A model generated the notes under the pieces. That model worked only from the letters and a program-made list of their open reading frames with translations, did no database searches and had not been told where the DNA came from. From Octopus sinensis (lineage: Eukaryota): a DNA stretch of 64,000 bases. Positions within the stretch are counted from its first letter, which is position 1. The number at the start of each line of letters is the position of its first letter. The DNA is taken from NCBI RefSeq assembly GCF_006345805.1, contig NC_042998.1:107756001-107820000 (forward strand), written 5' to 3'. Below, piece after piece: positions 48,372 through 60,405 of the stretch. The position numbers were made by a program, and so were the translations under genes.

Positions 48372-51300
48372 AGCCGACTACGGCTGCTATAATGGTACGA
48401 TTATAATTGTAACGGCAATGATGGCCGTCTCCCCACGAGCCAATCAAAGCTAAAAAATGATAACATTATCGTAGCACCAAAATGTTTTTGGAAACTAAAA
48501 GGAAAACTAAATCAGTATACCAAATCGCTTGTCCTATGGTTAATCTGGAAGCGCGTCCCCCAGGGAAGAGCCAGCCTGGGATCGAAAAGTCATCAACTGG
48601 CACAAACTCTTCTCCGAATACGGACATGGATGGTCACTTGAACGGGAAATCCCCCAACTCGAGCCCTCCAAGTTCACCACCACAACCACCACAGAAAGAA
48701 AAATGTAAGCGGAACAAATGGACCCGAGAAGAGTATAAAGAAGTAATATACGCTTATTACTATGCATTAGGTAGGCCATCTCAAGAGAGACACACCGCAA
48801 ACTCTTACAGTATATGGAGAACACGGAATCAAGACAGTAGGCCCTATTTGGACGAGAACAAATTAGCAAATGTGAGGAGGGATATCCTTAGAAATAACAG
48901 ACTCACAGACAGTGAAATAAGCGCGATCAAGCACGCAACGGAAAATGACATAATATAAGACACAAAGGAAATGAAGAATCAGATGAACAGTATAGCCCGC
49001 CATGAGGCTTAATTGAAAGACTGCCATCTGACCAAAGTACGCAAAGGCCTGAAGATACAAGAAATTCTATTGTACCTGTTAAAGATAGCCAGGAAAACGA
49101 AAAAACAACAGTAACTGAAGATCTCGCATTTGCTGAAGAACACGGAGAGTCTATGGCAGATATGAGGCAGAAAATCCTGAATACGCTTGAAGTTGTAAGA
49201 CATACAAGTATGAATGATAGAGAACCACTTCATAAACTCTCAAATACAAACCAAAATAAAAAACAAATCCAAATTGGCAACTATGTAACAAATGAAATAA
49301 TACGAGAATTAAAACCTGATTTTACTGAGTTAAATGAAATTATTTACGCTTCTGCTAGGGCAATTGAAACCAGCTGTATGCCCCCGAAAAAACAAAGAAA
49401 ACAAAACCTGGGAAGAAATCAAACCTGGAGAAGTAAAATTGAAAAAGAGATTGAATTTATGAGAGGGGAAATATCAATATTAAATGAACTAATATGTGGA
49501 AATGATGTAAGATCCAGAACAGGAAGAAAGATGAAGAGAAAATTTGGATCCTCACCAAGAGAAGAACTGATATCAATAAAAGAAACGCTGAAACAAAAAG
49601 TCCAAGGAAAAGCCCAAAGAATACGAAGATTTGAGAAGAGAAACAAGTTTTACAAGCAAAATAAGCTGTTCACATCCAATGCCAAAAATTCTACAGAGAA
49701 ATAGGGAAGGAGAAAGTAACCGTTAAAGACCCCCCTCCCATGGAAGAAGTTCAAAACTTTTGGAAAAGGATTTGGAGTGACAAGAAGACGTACAACATAA
49801 ATGCAGACTGGATTATACAAACTGAAGGATCCTACCAAAATTTACAACAACAAGCATGGGAAGACATCACAATAGCAGACCTAAGAAAGGCACTCACGAA
49901 GGCCCATAATTGGAAATCCCCCGGTAAAGATAGGGTGCCGAATTTCTGGCTCGCATCGCTCCCATGCGCACACAGTAAGCTAGTTCAGCTGCTCAATGGA
50001 ATTATGAGAGACCCAAAGAAAACACCTGAATGATTAGCAAATGGCATTACTTACCTACTCCCAAAGAATAACGAAACCAACCTTCCAAAAAACTATCGGC
50101 CTATAACCTGTCTATCCACCACGTATAAAATCCTAACATCTATCCTGGCGGAGAAAACATATGCATTCATGGAGAAGAACGATATTTTCCCCATTGAACA
50201 AAAAGGGTGCCGCCGAGGCTCTTACGGATGCAAAGATCAACTGCTAATCAATCGTATGATCCTTGAGAACTGTCACAACAAGCGCAGAAATCTCAGCACC
50301 GCATGGATTGACTATAAAAAGGCCTTCGACAGTATACCGCATCCATGGATCTTGAGATCGCTGGACATCTTCAAAATTTCCCCTGTGATTTCAAACTTCC
50401 TGATGCACAATATGTCGTTGTGGAATACAAATCTCCAATTATACCACTCTAATGGAGTACTTGCCTCAGAAAATATAAACATCAACTGTGGAATTTTTCA
50501 AGGTGACTCACTTTCACCTTTAATATTCTGCATAGCCCTAATACCCCTTACAAGTGAATTAAACAGAACAGAGTATGGGTATAAAATTGCCAATAAAAAA
50601 ATAAGCCATCTATTTTATATGGATGACTTAAAACTTTATGGGAAAGACAATAATGAACTTCAAGGCCTATTGCACACTGTGAAAGCATTCAGCGATGACA
50701 TCGGGATGGAGTTTGGACTTGAGAAGTGTGCCAAGGCCACTTTCCAGAAAGGGAAAGTGAAGACCACAAATTCAGTCGTGTTAGATGTTGACACAGTCAT
50801 AAGAGAACTTGAGCAAGAACAAACATACAAATATTTAGGGATAAATGAAGGCTCTGGTATTCAGCATGCAAGCATGAAAGAGAAGATCAGGAAGGAATGT
50901 TATAGGAGAGTTCGTGCAGTCCTGAAATCTGAACTAAATGCATGTAACAAGGTGTTAGCTATAAATTCCTTAGCAGTTCCAGTTATTACTTATAACTACA
51001 ATGTGTTGAACTGGAATATGAGTGAAGTAAAGAATATAGATAGGAAAATATGCAAGCTGCTGAGTTGTAATAGGATGCACCACCCAAAGGCAGACGTAGA
51101 TCACCTTTACCTTCCCAGAGCCCAAGGAGGTCGAGGCCTGATCCAATTTGAACTAGCTTATAAAACAACCACAATTGGACTGGCCAAATATCTCGAAATA
51201 TCGAATGACTGGATGCTAAAGCTTGTGGAAAATCACGAGAGACGAAAGAAGCTTCATTCTATCATAAAGGAAAGCAAAAAATTTGCTATTGATCTCGTGC

Positions 51301-52335
51301 AGGATACCCAAACTGAACAACCCGAGGGAAGTACGGCAACTATTGTTGCAAAGAAGGTAAAAATGATGGCAATGAAAAAAGCGCACGAGCAATTGGCTGA
51401 TAGGTGGGAGGAGAAACCTCTGCACGGCAAATATGTGACCCGCAGCAAACAAGCTGATGTTGACCAGAAGCAAACCCATCAGTGGCTACGGAGCTCAGGG
51501 CTAAAAGCAGAGAGCGAAGGTTTCATCCTGGCTGCTCAAGATCAAAGCCTATTAAATCGGAACTACCAGGCCAATGTGATGAAAAATGGAGCAGACCCAA
51601 AATGCCGATTCTGCAACGACATGATTGAAACAGTGGACCACCTAATCTCTGGATGTAAAGTCTTAGCACCAGTGGAGTATAAATTAAGACATGACAGAGT
51701 TGGCCAATATCTCCACTGGCTAATAAGTCGGTATTGCAATATCAAAACTGCCGACAAGTGGTATAATCACCACCCTGAAGCTGTAACTGAAGGAGAAAAT
51801 GTAACCATTCTGTGGGACTTTCCAGTACATACAGACCGAACCATCAAGGCCAATAAACCAGATATTGTTGTGAAAGACCAAAACAATAAAGTTTGCTTAT
51901 TGATCGACATGAGCATCCCCTGTGATCATAATATCTCAGCGAAAGAGTTTGACAAGCTCAGAAAATATAAAGACCTACTCATTGAAATTGAGAAAATGTG
52001 GCATCTCAAGGCGGTTACAATACCAGTGATCGTAGGAGCACTAGGAATGATCAAGAAGGGAACCGAAAATTATATGAGAATGATCCCTGGCTTACCATCC
52101 CTGCAAGAAGTGCAAAAGATTGTCTTAACTGGTACATCACACGTATTGAGAAGAGCATTGTCGATGTGAGAACTGTTGCTGCTCATGTATTTTAATTTAA
52201 CTTAAAAAAAAAAAAAAAAAATGAACGAACTATTGAGTTTGGTTTAATGGCCTACTAATGTATACTATGAGTTTCTTTGCCCTAGGGGTCGGGAAGACAC
52301 TCGGCAAGAAATGGAAACAAATTTGAAACAAGAAA
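48372..52335 (+). mobile_element. Near full-length R4/Dong-like non-LTR retrotransposon (Myb-like N-terminus, RT, CCHC, RLE endonuclease)
   Basis: 'KRNKWTREEYKEVI..YY' (Myb-like), 'YRPITCL', 'IDYKKAFDSIPH', 'GIFQGDSLSPL', 'FYMDDLK', 'CRFC...ETVDHLISGC', 'PDIVV...LIDMSIP...K..KY'. Only a few stops or frameshifts; (TAA)n at the 3' end. Confidence 0.95.
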
Positions 52336-52365
52336 AAAAAATAGTAATAATAATAATAATAATAA

Positions 52366-52922
52366 ATGCCCTGATGCAGTACCAGGCAGTGGCTCTCATG
52401 GCTTCTGATCTTTACTGACTGGAAGTGTTATTATGTACATTGTTTTGTCTTGGTATAAAAGATGGGCTACAGCAAATATTCTGCTCAATACCACAGATTT
52501 GCTTGTCAGTTGTTTGACCGTAACCAGTTGAGCATGTCCCTTAGTGGCTGACGATATGTGCATCTCTGATCATGAGTAGAAGTAGTGGGGGAGCATCATA
52601 GCCATGTGTTGAGAGGGATTCTTTGGGGTTTAAATGATTCACCTCTGGAAACATGGGTGTTTCATTCAACATCCTTAAACAATCCTTAATCAGGGACCTT
52701 TTGAGTGGGATGGGTTACCCAACCAGAAGAAAATTCTTACTGGGCCCCACCCGCAAGGTCATGCGCTGTTTATCTTGTTATGAGATCATCATGTCGCGCA
52801 CATATTGTTGTGATGCATGTGCCTGGTGTACCCTTATCAGATGGGTAGTCATGATGGGTATACTGGGCTTTGTATATTTGTACCCCAGTGTCATTTTGAT
52901 GGCATGCACTGGGCTCTCACTC
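52366..52922. mobile_element. ~560-bp non-coding interspersed element flanked by (TAA)n on both sides
   Basis: Bounded by (AAT)n tracts; a partial rearranged copy lies at 57910-58057. Confidence 0.7.
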
Positions 52923-52974
<52 letters not shown>

Positions 52975-52975
52975 G
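52923..52975. repeat. (TAA)n microsatellite
   Basis: Direct observation; similar tracts at 27535-27567, 42855-42915 and 52344-52364. Confidence 0.97.
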
Positions 52976-55431
52976 TAGTAATTATTATTTTTAATTTAAG
53001 CAGAAGGGGGCAATTTTGAGAGGAAATGATAAGTCAATTGTATTCTTTTCTACTCTAGGCACAAGGCTCGAAATTAACTGGTACTTAATCTATCAATCCC
53101 GAAAGGATGAGAGGCAAAGTTGACCTCAGTGGAATTTGAACTCACTGTCTTTACGTTCCGAGTTCAAATTCTGCCAAGGTATATTATTTTGTTTCAATCT
53201 GTATAAAATAGCAGCAACAAAATTTCAAGTAAATCTAATTAAAATCAATTCAACAGAGAAGAATGAATTTTCATGAAAAACAGTTGCAACCTTTCATTTT
53301 ATGGCTCAAATTCCACTGAAGTTTGCTGAATAAATCTCAAGTCAACCCTGATATTGCAGAATGATGATAAAAGGCATTTGAGCTGAGACTATGTTTTTTT
53401 TTCAGGCAATACCTATCAAGGACTACATTATCTGATGCTTCTCTTTTTTAAGATAACAGACACAAGTATAACTGTATGGTTCAAAAGTTTGCTTCATAAC
53501 CATAGAGTTTCACATTTCTTCTCACTGTGTGATACTGTGAGTAGGTGTTTTCTATTATAGATTCAAGCTGACCAACACCTTGTGAGTGGATTTGGTTGAA
53601 AAAAACTGTAGGAAGCTCATCAAATATAATATATACAATGAAATTATTGTATACAGTGCTCAGGTGCACCACAACTTGTCAGAAAGTGCGTATAAAGTAT
53701 ATGCAGTAATGTACAAATGTCTGGAAAGTGAAGAATGTATGAGTCAGATACATGCTTGTGTATGTATGGAGGGGAGAAAATCAGGTGTATCTATGTATGT
53801 ATACATGCATATACTCAATTGTGTAGGTGGTGTCATTGTTGACATCTGCCAATGAAAACATGTCTGGATGTTTGTGTACAGTATAAATGAGTCACTGTTT
53901 TTGTATGTAACTGCTGGAAAAACATATTCATAACACCAGGGGAAATATTACCTTACTTAGAAACAAGTGAGGGTTGGCAACAAGAAGAGCATCTGTAAAA
54001 AAAATTTCTTCAGTAACATTTATCTGGCCTATGCAAGCATGGAAATGTGGATGGTAAAATGATGATGACAGGGTGTGATTTAAGGAAGATTTAGCTGCTA
54101 TTTTTAGCAAGTAAAGCAACCATGTAGTGCAGTGTTACTCAACCTCTTCTAGTTCAGTACTTTCTTTCCCTCAAATGACATCTTACATCCTATGCATATT
54201 TTGCATGCGCGCACGCATGCACACACAGAGAAAGCAGATTATTTTATTCAAGCAGAAACCAACTTTTCACAGAGCTTTATTATCTGTTTTCTAATGTTAT
54301 CCCATCCACCATGAACCTCCTTTTAGTAGAGTAGAGCCATGTGTTCTCAAGCTAAATTTTTATGGAGTTTACTAAAGAATCACTGAATTATTTTATATTA
54401 TTAAAGTGAATAAAAAAACTCTTAGAACACTTATATTATTAAAGGATATAAAAAACACTTAGAACAAAGAACTTTACAATATGAGTTTTAAATTAATTAG
54501 CTTTATTAATATATCATTATACTCCCAAATTAAAAGTTAATTATTGAACAATAATAAATGGCTTCCTTATATTTGACGATATTTTGTCAAATTAAAAATA
54601 TAAAGTTAGATATTTGAGAAATAGAACCTTGTATCTCTGCTTTTACATATTTCTAATCTACATTTGTACTAAACAATATATATATATATGCATGCATGCA
54701 AACATGCATAAATGAATATGTTTTTCTTCATTTGTTTTGTCTTTTTTTTAAGCAAAAATGGATCAGACAAATATATATTATTGAAGCATTATTTTACAGT
54801 TGGATGCACTTTCTGTCCCTAACCCTAACTAGTTTTTCAAATAAGGGATTATTTTTTTTTATTCTGCTTGTCTTTGAAAGAACAACACTAACAGATAATT
54901 TGTTGACAGGGAATTGTCAACAAAGTTCACCGTAGACATGCACACACACACATACTTTGTAGAGTTTCTGCCAACAAAATCACTTACAACACATTGGTTA
55001 GCCTGTGGCTTACAATAGAAGACACTTGCTTAAGGTGCCACACAGTGGAACTGAACCTGGAACTAAGTGGTTAAGACGTGAACTTCTTAATCAGTCATAT
55101 CTGTGCCTAATAAATGTGTGTGTGTATGTGAAATGTGGATATATATATATTTATATATATATATATATAAGAGGATTAGATATAAAATTAGATGTTCTGT
55201 TAGCTATGTACTTTATGAAGGCATGGCTAGACAAAGAGGAAAGGAGATATAAAACATAGAAAGTTATGTATAGTTTCAGGGGTATAGATTTATAGAACAA
55301 TGACTTAGGCAAGGCAGGAAGCATTTGAGATTATAGCATCCTAAACCTAAACTAATCTACTTAGATGGAAACTAGATATTGTATTCCTATAATAAAAAGT
55401 GGTTGCTGAACAAAAACAAAGAAAACGAGCA

Positions 55432-55570
<139 letters not shown>

Positions 55571-55673
55571 CCTTAATTCTAAGAACACTGATAACTATGT
55601 GCATTTGAATGCAGGAGTAAATATTAAGAAAAATGGTTAAAATCCAGGAATATCAAAACTGAGGGTGACTTAC

Positions 55674-55768
55674 TTCATAGCAAGTAAATGTTGGATAACA
55701 ACCACTGCAATACCATTGGCACATTTATCTACTAAGCTTAAGGATCCATAAACAAAGGCAGCAGATTC
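55674..55768 (-). CDS. MFSD12: MFSD12-like exon (ESAAFVYGSLSLVDKCANGIAVVVIQHLLAM)
   Basis: Matches the MFSD12 signature '[25 protein letters not shown]'. Acceptor tttacag, donor gtaagt, phase 0 to 2. Confidence 0.93.
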
Positions 55769-55837
55769 CTGTAAACAAATAACCGAAAACAATTTAAGAA
55801 ACAAAGGAATTTTTTGGGTTGTTTTAAATCAACATCA

Positions 55838-56290
55838 TCATTATCATCATCATCATTTAACGTCTGTTTTCCATGCTGGCATGGGTTGGGCGATTTGACA
55901 GAAGCTGACCAACTGAAAAGCTGTCCAGGCTCCATGTCTATTTTGGTATGATTTCTATGGCTGGATGCCTTTCCTAACACCAACCTCTTAACAAAGTGTA
56001 CTAGGTGCTTTTATGCAGCATTGGTATGGGTGCTTTCTACATGGCACCAGCACTTATAAGCCTAAAAGATTAGGGATGCTCAGCTGGATAGATTGTAAAA
56101 GATGAGCCTGGATGCAAGAGCAACCATGCTTTACTTAGCTTGGCATGTCTTTTCAAGCATGGCAAATCGCCAAGAGTCTCGGTCCCCTGTCATCCTCTTT
56201 GTGAGTCCCAACGTTTGTAGATCCTTTCTCACCACTTCGTCTGATGTCTTCCTGGGTCTATCCCTTCCACACGTTCCTGCTACAACCTGA
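55838..56290 (-). mobile_element. RTE LINE 3' end fragment with (GAT)n tail
   Basis: 'GTCGRDRPRKTSDEVVRKDLQTLGLTKRMT.DRDSWR.A..EKT' plus the shared 3'UTR. Similar short 3' ends occur at ~32850-33010, 38865-39048, 53940-54068, 62940-63130 and 63770-63965. Confidence 0.85.
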
Positions 56291-56479
56291 CTTTCATTTT
56301 TTCCTGCCAAAACTAATTCCACATGGGTAAAATCCTTTAGGTGGGAGGTAACAGCACCTTTCCTGCACACGTGAGAAAATTTTCACACCAGTAGGCCACA
56401 TCAGTTCCTGTCCATTTTAAGATCAGGATTGAACCAGACCCTGGGCAGTTTAACTGGTCCATCAGTCCAGTAATTAATG

Positions 56480-57470
56480 ATGCCATCTGATGGCATTGAC
56501 CTACATCCCCAGGTGTCCAGCAGCAAGCCTACTGATTTGTCAACACTAATTTTGACCCCTGCCATTGACTCATATTACTTTAAAATGGAGCTGACCATTT
56601 CCACTTCAGAGGCAACTGATAACATGTTGATTTCATTCATATATACCGAGACTGCCTTCCTGTGTCTCAGTTTGAACAGGATGCTCCTCAACTGTCCAAA
56701 TGCCACAGCAATAGCTCAAGGGCCAGCACATACAGAAGAGGTGACAACAGGCTACCTTGGTGGACTGAGTATGTAATGGGAAATGGTTCTGATAGGTGAA
56801 CAGTTACTTTGAACACTGAGCAGGCATCGCTGTGCATTGCAGCAATTCAACCTCTGAAAATGGTTCTGAACCCGGCCAGTTTCTAGATAATGATGGTCAA
56901 CCCTATCGAATACTTTAGACAGGTCCAAATTGATCAGGGTCCCACTATAGTCAGCTTTCATCACAGCATTCTCTATGATGTATTGTATGAGGTGGAGGTT
57001 GTTGTAGATAGACCTATTCATGATTATGCACATTTGTAGTCTCCTGACAGGACTAGGGATGTCAAGTGCCAACCTTTTTGCTAACAGTTTAGCCAAAATC
57101 GTAAACTCCGTGTTAAGTAGAGTTATAGGCTGAAAATTTCCTAGCACATCCCCTTTTCCAGCAGTGTTACCACACCCTGGCTAACAACACTAGGAATTCT
57201 CCAAATGTGCTGTCAGTTACCATAGACATCTGCCAAGAGACTGTCAAACAAATCAGGCATGAACTGGTTGGATTCTGGGTGAATTGTGACTTATGTAACT
57301 GCTCATTGCCTCCTGTATTTCTGCAACAATTATTGTCTTTTCACAGAACCCCATGTCTACTACAAAGAGCTGTGGCAGACTACCCAGGTACAAACTGAAG
57401 TCTGCTACCACCACCAACCCACTGTCCTCTCTAATATGAAGTGCTGCTGGAATGCTGCGCACATTTGTTC
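56480..57470 (-). mobile_element. Tx1/L1-clade LINE RT relic
   Basis: 'NFQPITLLNTEFTILAKLLAKRL...RSIYNNLHLI..II....TLINLDLSKVFDRVDHHYL'. Confidence 0.8.
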
Positions 57471-57561
57471 AGGATTGAACAGCATGCACTTGTTCTGATC
57501 CTTCAAAGACCTGATTGTGGTTTTGTTACCATGTTGTGCCTTCAGGCCCATCAGTGGGATT

Positions 57562-57594
<33 letters not shown>

Positions 57595-58233
57595 TACCAC
57601 CCCCCACAATTACTACTATTAATAATAATAATAAATAATAATCATTACAATTCCTTTTTATTTTGGCACAAGACCAGTAATTTTTATAGGAGGGAAAAGT
57701 TGATTACATCAACCACCAATACTTGACTAGTATTTATTTAATGATCTAGTAAGATGAAATGCAAGTGTTTACCTCAGCAGAATTTGAACTTACTATATTA
57801 CGCTGGAAGAAATGCCGCTAAGTGTTTAGTCTAGTGTGCTAACAATTCTGCCAGCTCACCTATAATAATGATGATGATGATTACGATAATAATAACAATA
57901 ATGCTGTTAATCTTGATATGATTTCACCATGTTGTGTGCATATGGCTATGAAGCATGTGCCTGGTGTACCCTTTAATGGCTTCCCTTCTTAACTGATTGG
58001 AAGTGTTATCATGTACATTGTTTTGTCTTGGTATAAAAGATGGGCTACACCAAATATTCAACAACAACAACAACAACAGCAGTAGCAGCAACAGCAGCAG
58101 CAACAGCAACAGCAACAACAACAACAATAATAATAAATGGCCCAACAAGTAGATATTGATTGTATCTCCAAGATGAAAATGGAGTCGAGGGGTGTAGAAT
58201 TATAAAAAAGACAAGTCTGAAGCTTTTACTTAC

Positions 58234-58404
58234 TGTATTTGTTGCAATCAATTCAGTCGTAAGAGAGAGAGAAGTTATAAGTATAACTGAACCTCCAATA
58301 CCATTAAAAGCAGCAGCACCAAAAACTTGCATTGAATTAATTGGAATAAATAAAATCCAGATACTGAAGCTCAGTGATATGATAAGTCCAATGACAAATG
58401 TCAT
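58234..58404 (-). CDS. MFSD12: MFSD12-like transporter exon (MTFVIGL...GIGGSVILITSLSLTTELIATNT)
   Basis: Matches MFSD12 'G.G.ATILVTSLAMTADLIG..T'. Acceptor tttcag, donor gtaagt, 171 nt, phase 0 to 0. Confidence 0.9.
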
Positions 58405-58559
58405 CTGAAATACATTGAAATTACTAGTTTTATTAAAAGATGATGAATTACTGCTGAAATAAATAAGTAACTTATTTCTTTTCATGTCATTATTATAGTG
58501 AAGTCAAAGATGAAGCAAATATTCAAAATGATTAAACATTTGGTTGCATTTTATAACAT

Positions 58560-59195
58560 AACTAGCAGTATCGCCCGGCGTTGCTCGGGTTTGTAAGGGA
58601 AATAACTATATAAGCATTTTTAGAGAGTTATAGCAAAAAAATAGCAAAAAATGCATTAAAAATGGAAAAAATATGATGGTAAATTTTTTTAAAAATCGTT
58701 GACTCATCGTAGACATTTTTAGAGAGTTACTTCCCTTATATAATAGCGAAAAATGCATTAAAATGGAAAAAAAACGATGGTAAATTTTTTTTAAATCGTA
58801 GACTCATGTAGACGCTTTCTTAGCCATTTCTGTTTTGGTGTCTTCAAGCCATGAAGTCGTTGTTCTAAAAGAACACTGGTCTCCTTGACAACGCATTACG
58901 ACGTTGATTTCCTTACACTCCCTTCCCCACAGGTGCAGGTGTGAGCGTGGACGCCAACTCCGCCGCCATCGACACACGAAAAATTATGCATTAAAATGGA
59001 ATAAAAAATGATGTTAAATTATTTTTAAAATCGTAGACTCATCGTAGACGCGCGCTAATATTCAGACGGGCTCGATATGAATCACAACTATAAGCTACCC
59101 GAATTTGGTTAAACTGCACCGCAAAATGTGGGAGTAGTTAGGAATCTAAATCGAAGGGGACAGACACTCACACAACTACAGTTTTATATATATAG
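58560..59195 (+). mobile_element. Helitron/Helentron-like non-autonomous element
   Basis: Starts ACTAGCAGTATCGCCCGGCG and ends ...cagacactcacacaactacagttttatatatatagat; it carries internal ~70-100-bp subrepeats (58640, 58745, 58985). These ends resemble DINE/Lep1-type elements. Confidence 0.65.
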
Positions 59196-59264
59196 ATATA
59201 CATAGCGCAGTAGTGGTGAGATGTGACAGCAAAGAAAAGCATACATTCACTCTTTGCATGCAAT

Positions 59265-59620
59265 TAGACTCGGAAAGTTCGTGAGGAACCCATTGACCCA
59301 ATTTGCTGACTTTTCCGATAGCACACAGGTCTCAATGAATGGTTGAATGACCAAATCCAAGCTTCTCTGCTAGTTCCTCAACAGTTACGATGAGATTTTG
59401 TTCCACCAGGGTTTTCAGGATGTCCTTGTCGAGTTCTACAGATCTTTCAGGATGAGGCTCGTCTTCTAGGCTGTAGTTTATGGCTCGGGATTTCTGGAAC
59501 CACCATTGACACTGCCTTACGGTTATTGTCCAATCCCCATATACTGCATTAATATTTCTTGTACTTTGCACACATTTATATTCTGTTATTCTTTTATATG
59601 TTTCAGCCTTGAGGTTGTGG
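59265..59620 (-). mobile_element. Mariner transposase 5' fragment
   Basis: 'RNINAVYG..TITVRQCQWWFQK.R..NYSLEDEP..ER..ELD.DILK.LVEQN...TVEELAEKLG'. Confidence 0.85.
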
Positions 59621-59624
59621 CCAT

Positions 59625-59802
59625 GCTGGATCATGTGTGTGTGTGTGTGTGTGTGTCTATCTGTCTGTCTGTCTGTATGTATATATGTATATGTATGTGT
59701 GTGAACAATAATATTTTCAACAGATGTGTTGCAAATGTATCTGATTGTTCTCAAGCTTCAATACTGTGTGTGTGTGTATGTGTGTGTGTGTATGTATGTA
59801 TG

Positions 59803-59834
<32 letters not shown>

Positions 59835-59945
59835 TGTATGTGTATGTATGTATGTGTGTGTGTATGTATGTGTGTGTGTGTGTGGTGTGTATGTATGTAT
59901 GTATGTATGTATGTATGTATGTATGTATGTATGTATGTATGAGTG
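59625..59945. repeat. Compound (TG)n/(TATG)n microsatellite
   Basis: Direct observation. Confidence 0.95.
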
Positions 59946-59959
59946 TATGTTTACTTTAT

Positions 59960-60405
59960 TACTAACACAAGCCACTACGGTTATTTAATGAAAGTCTTCC
60001 TCAAATCACTCTCTCTCTCGCTATTTTCACTCACTCTTAGCTCTTAGCTTCCCATACATTTTACTCATGTATCTATCAGCGTCATAGACAGAATACTTTC
60101 AGTTTAGTCTTCCTCAAATCACTCTGTCGCTATTTACTTTCATTTTATTCGTTGCCCACTGTGTGTGTGCGTTTGCGTGTGGTGTAAACCAGACTAAGAA
60201 AAGCATTTGACACACACACCAGAATGTGAGTTTTCTGTAAATTTTGCTTAATTGGAGTTTAAATTTTAAAAACTGGACCTGGCATGACGTGATGCATTGT
60301 ACTCTTAAAAATGGTAGGTAAATTGTAATTGAAGAAATCCTATATTGTAGATTTGTATAACTCCCAAAGGGAGGCAGATAAAATCTGCCTTTTATAATAA
60401 GAGAT
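59960..60405 (+). mobile_element. Second Helitron-like element
   Basis: Subterminal hairpin aggcagataaaatctgcct followed by tttataataagagat; internal duplication of 'agtcttcctcaaatcactct'. Confidence 0.45.

Noticed and set aside
48372-48481. HDV-like ribozyme at the 5' end of the R4/Dong element
   Set aside because: 'ctccccacg' and 'gctaa' are suggestive, but I could not build P1, P1.1 and P3 with the required GG.
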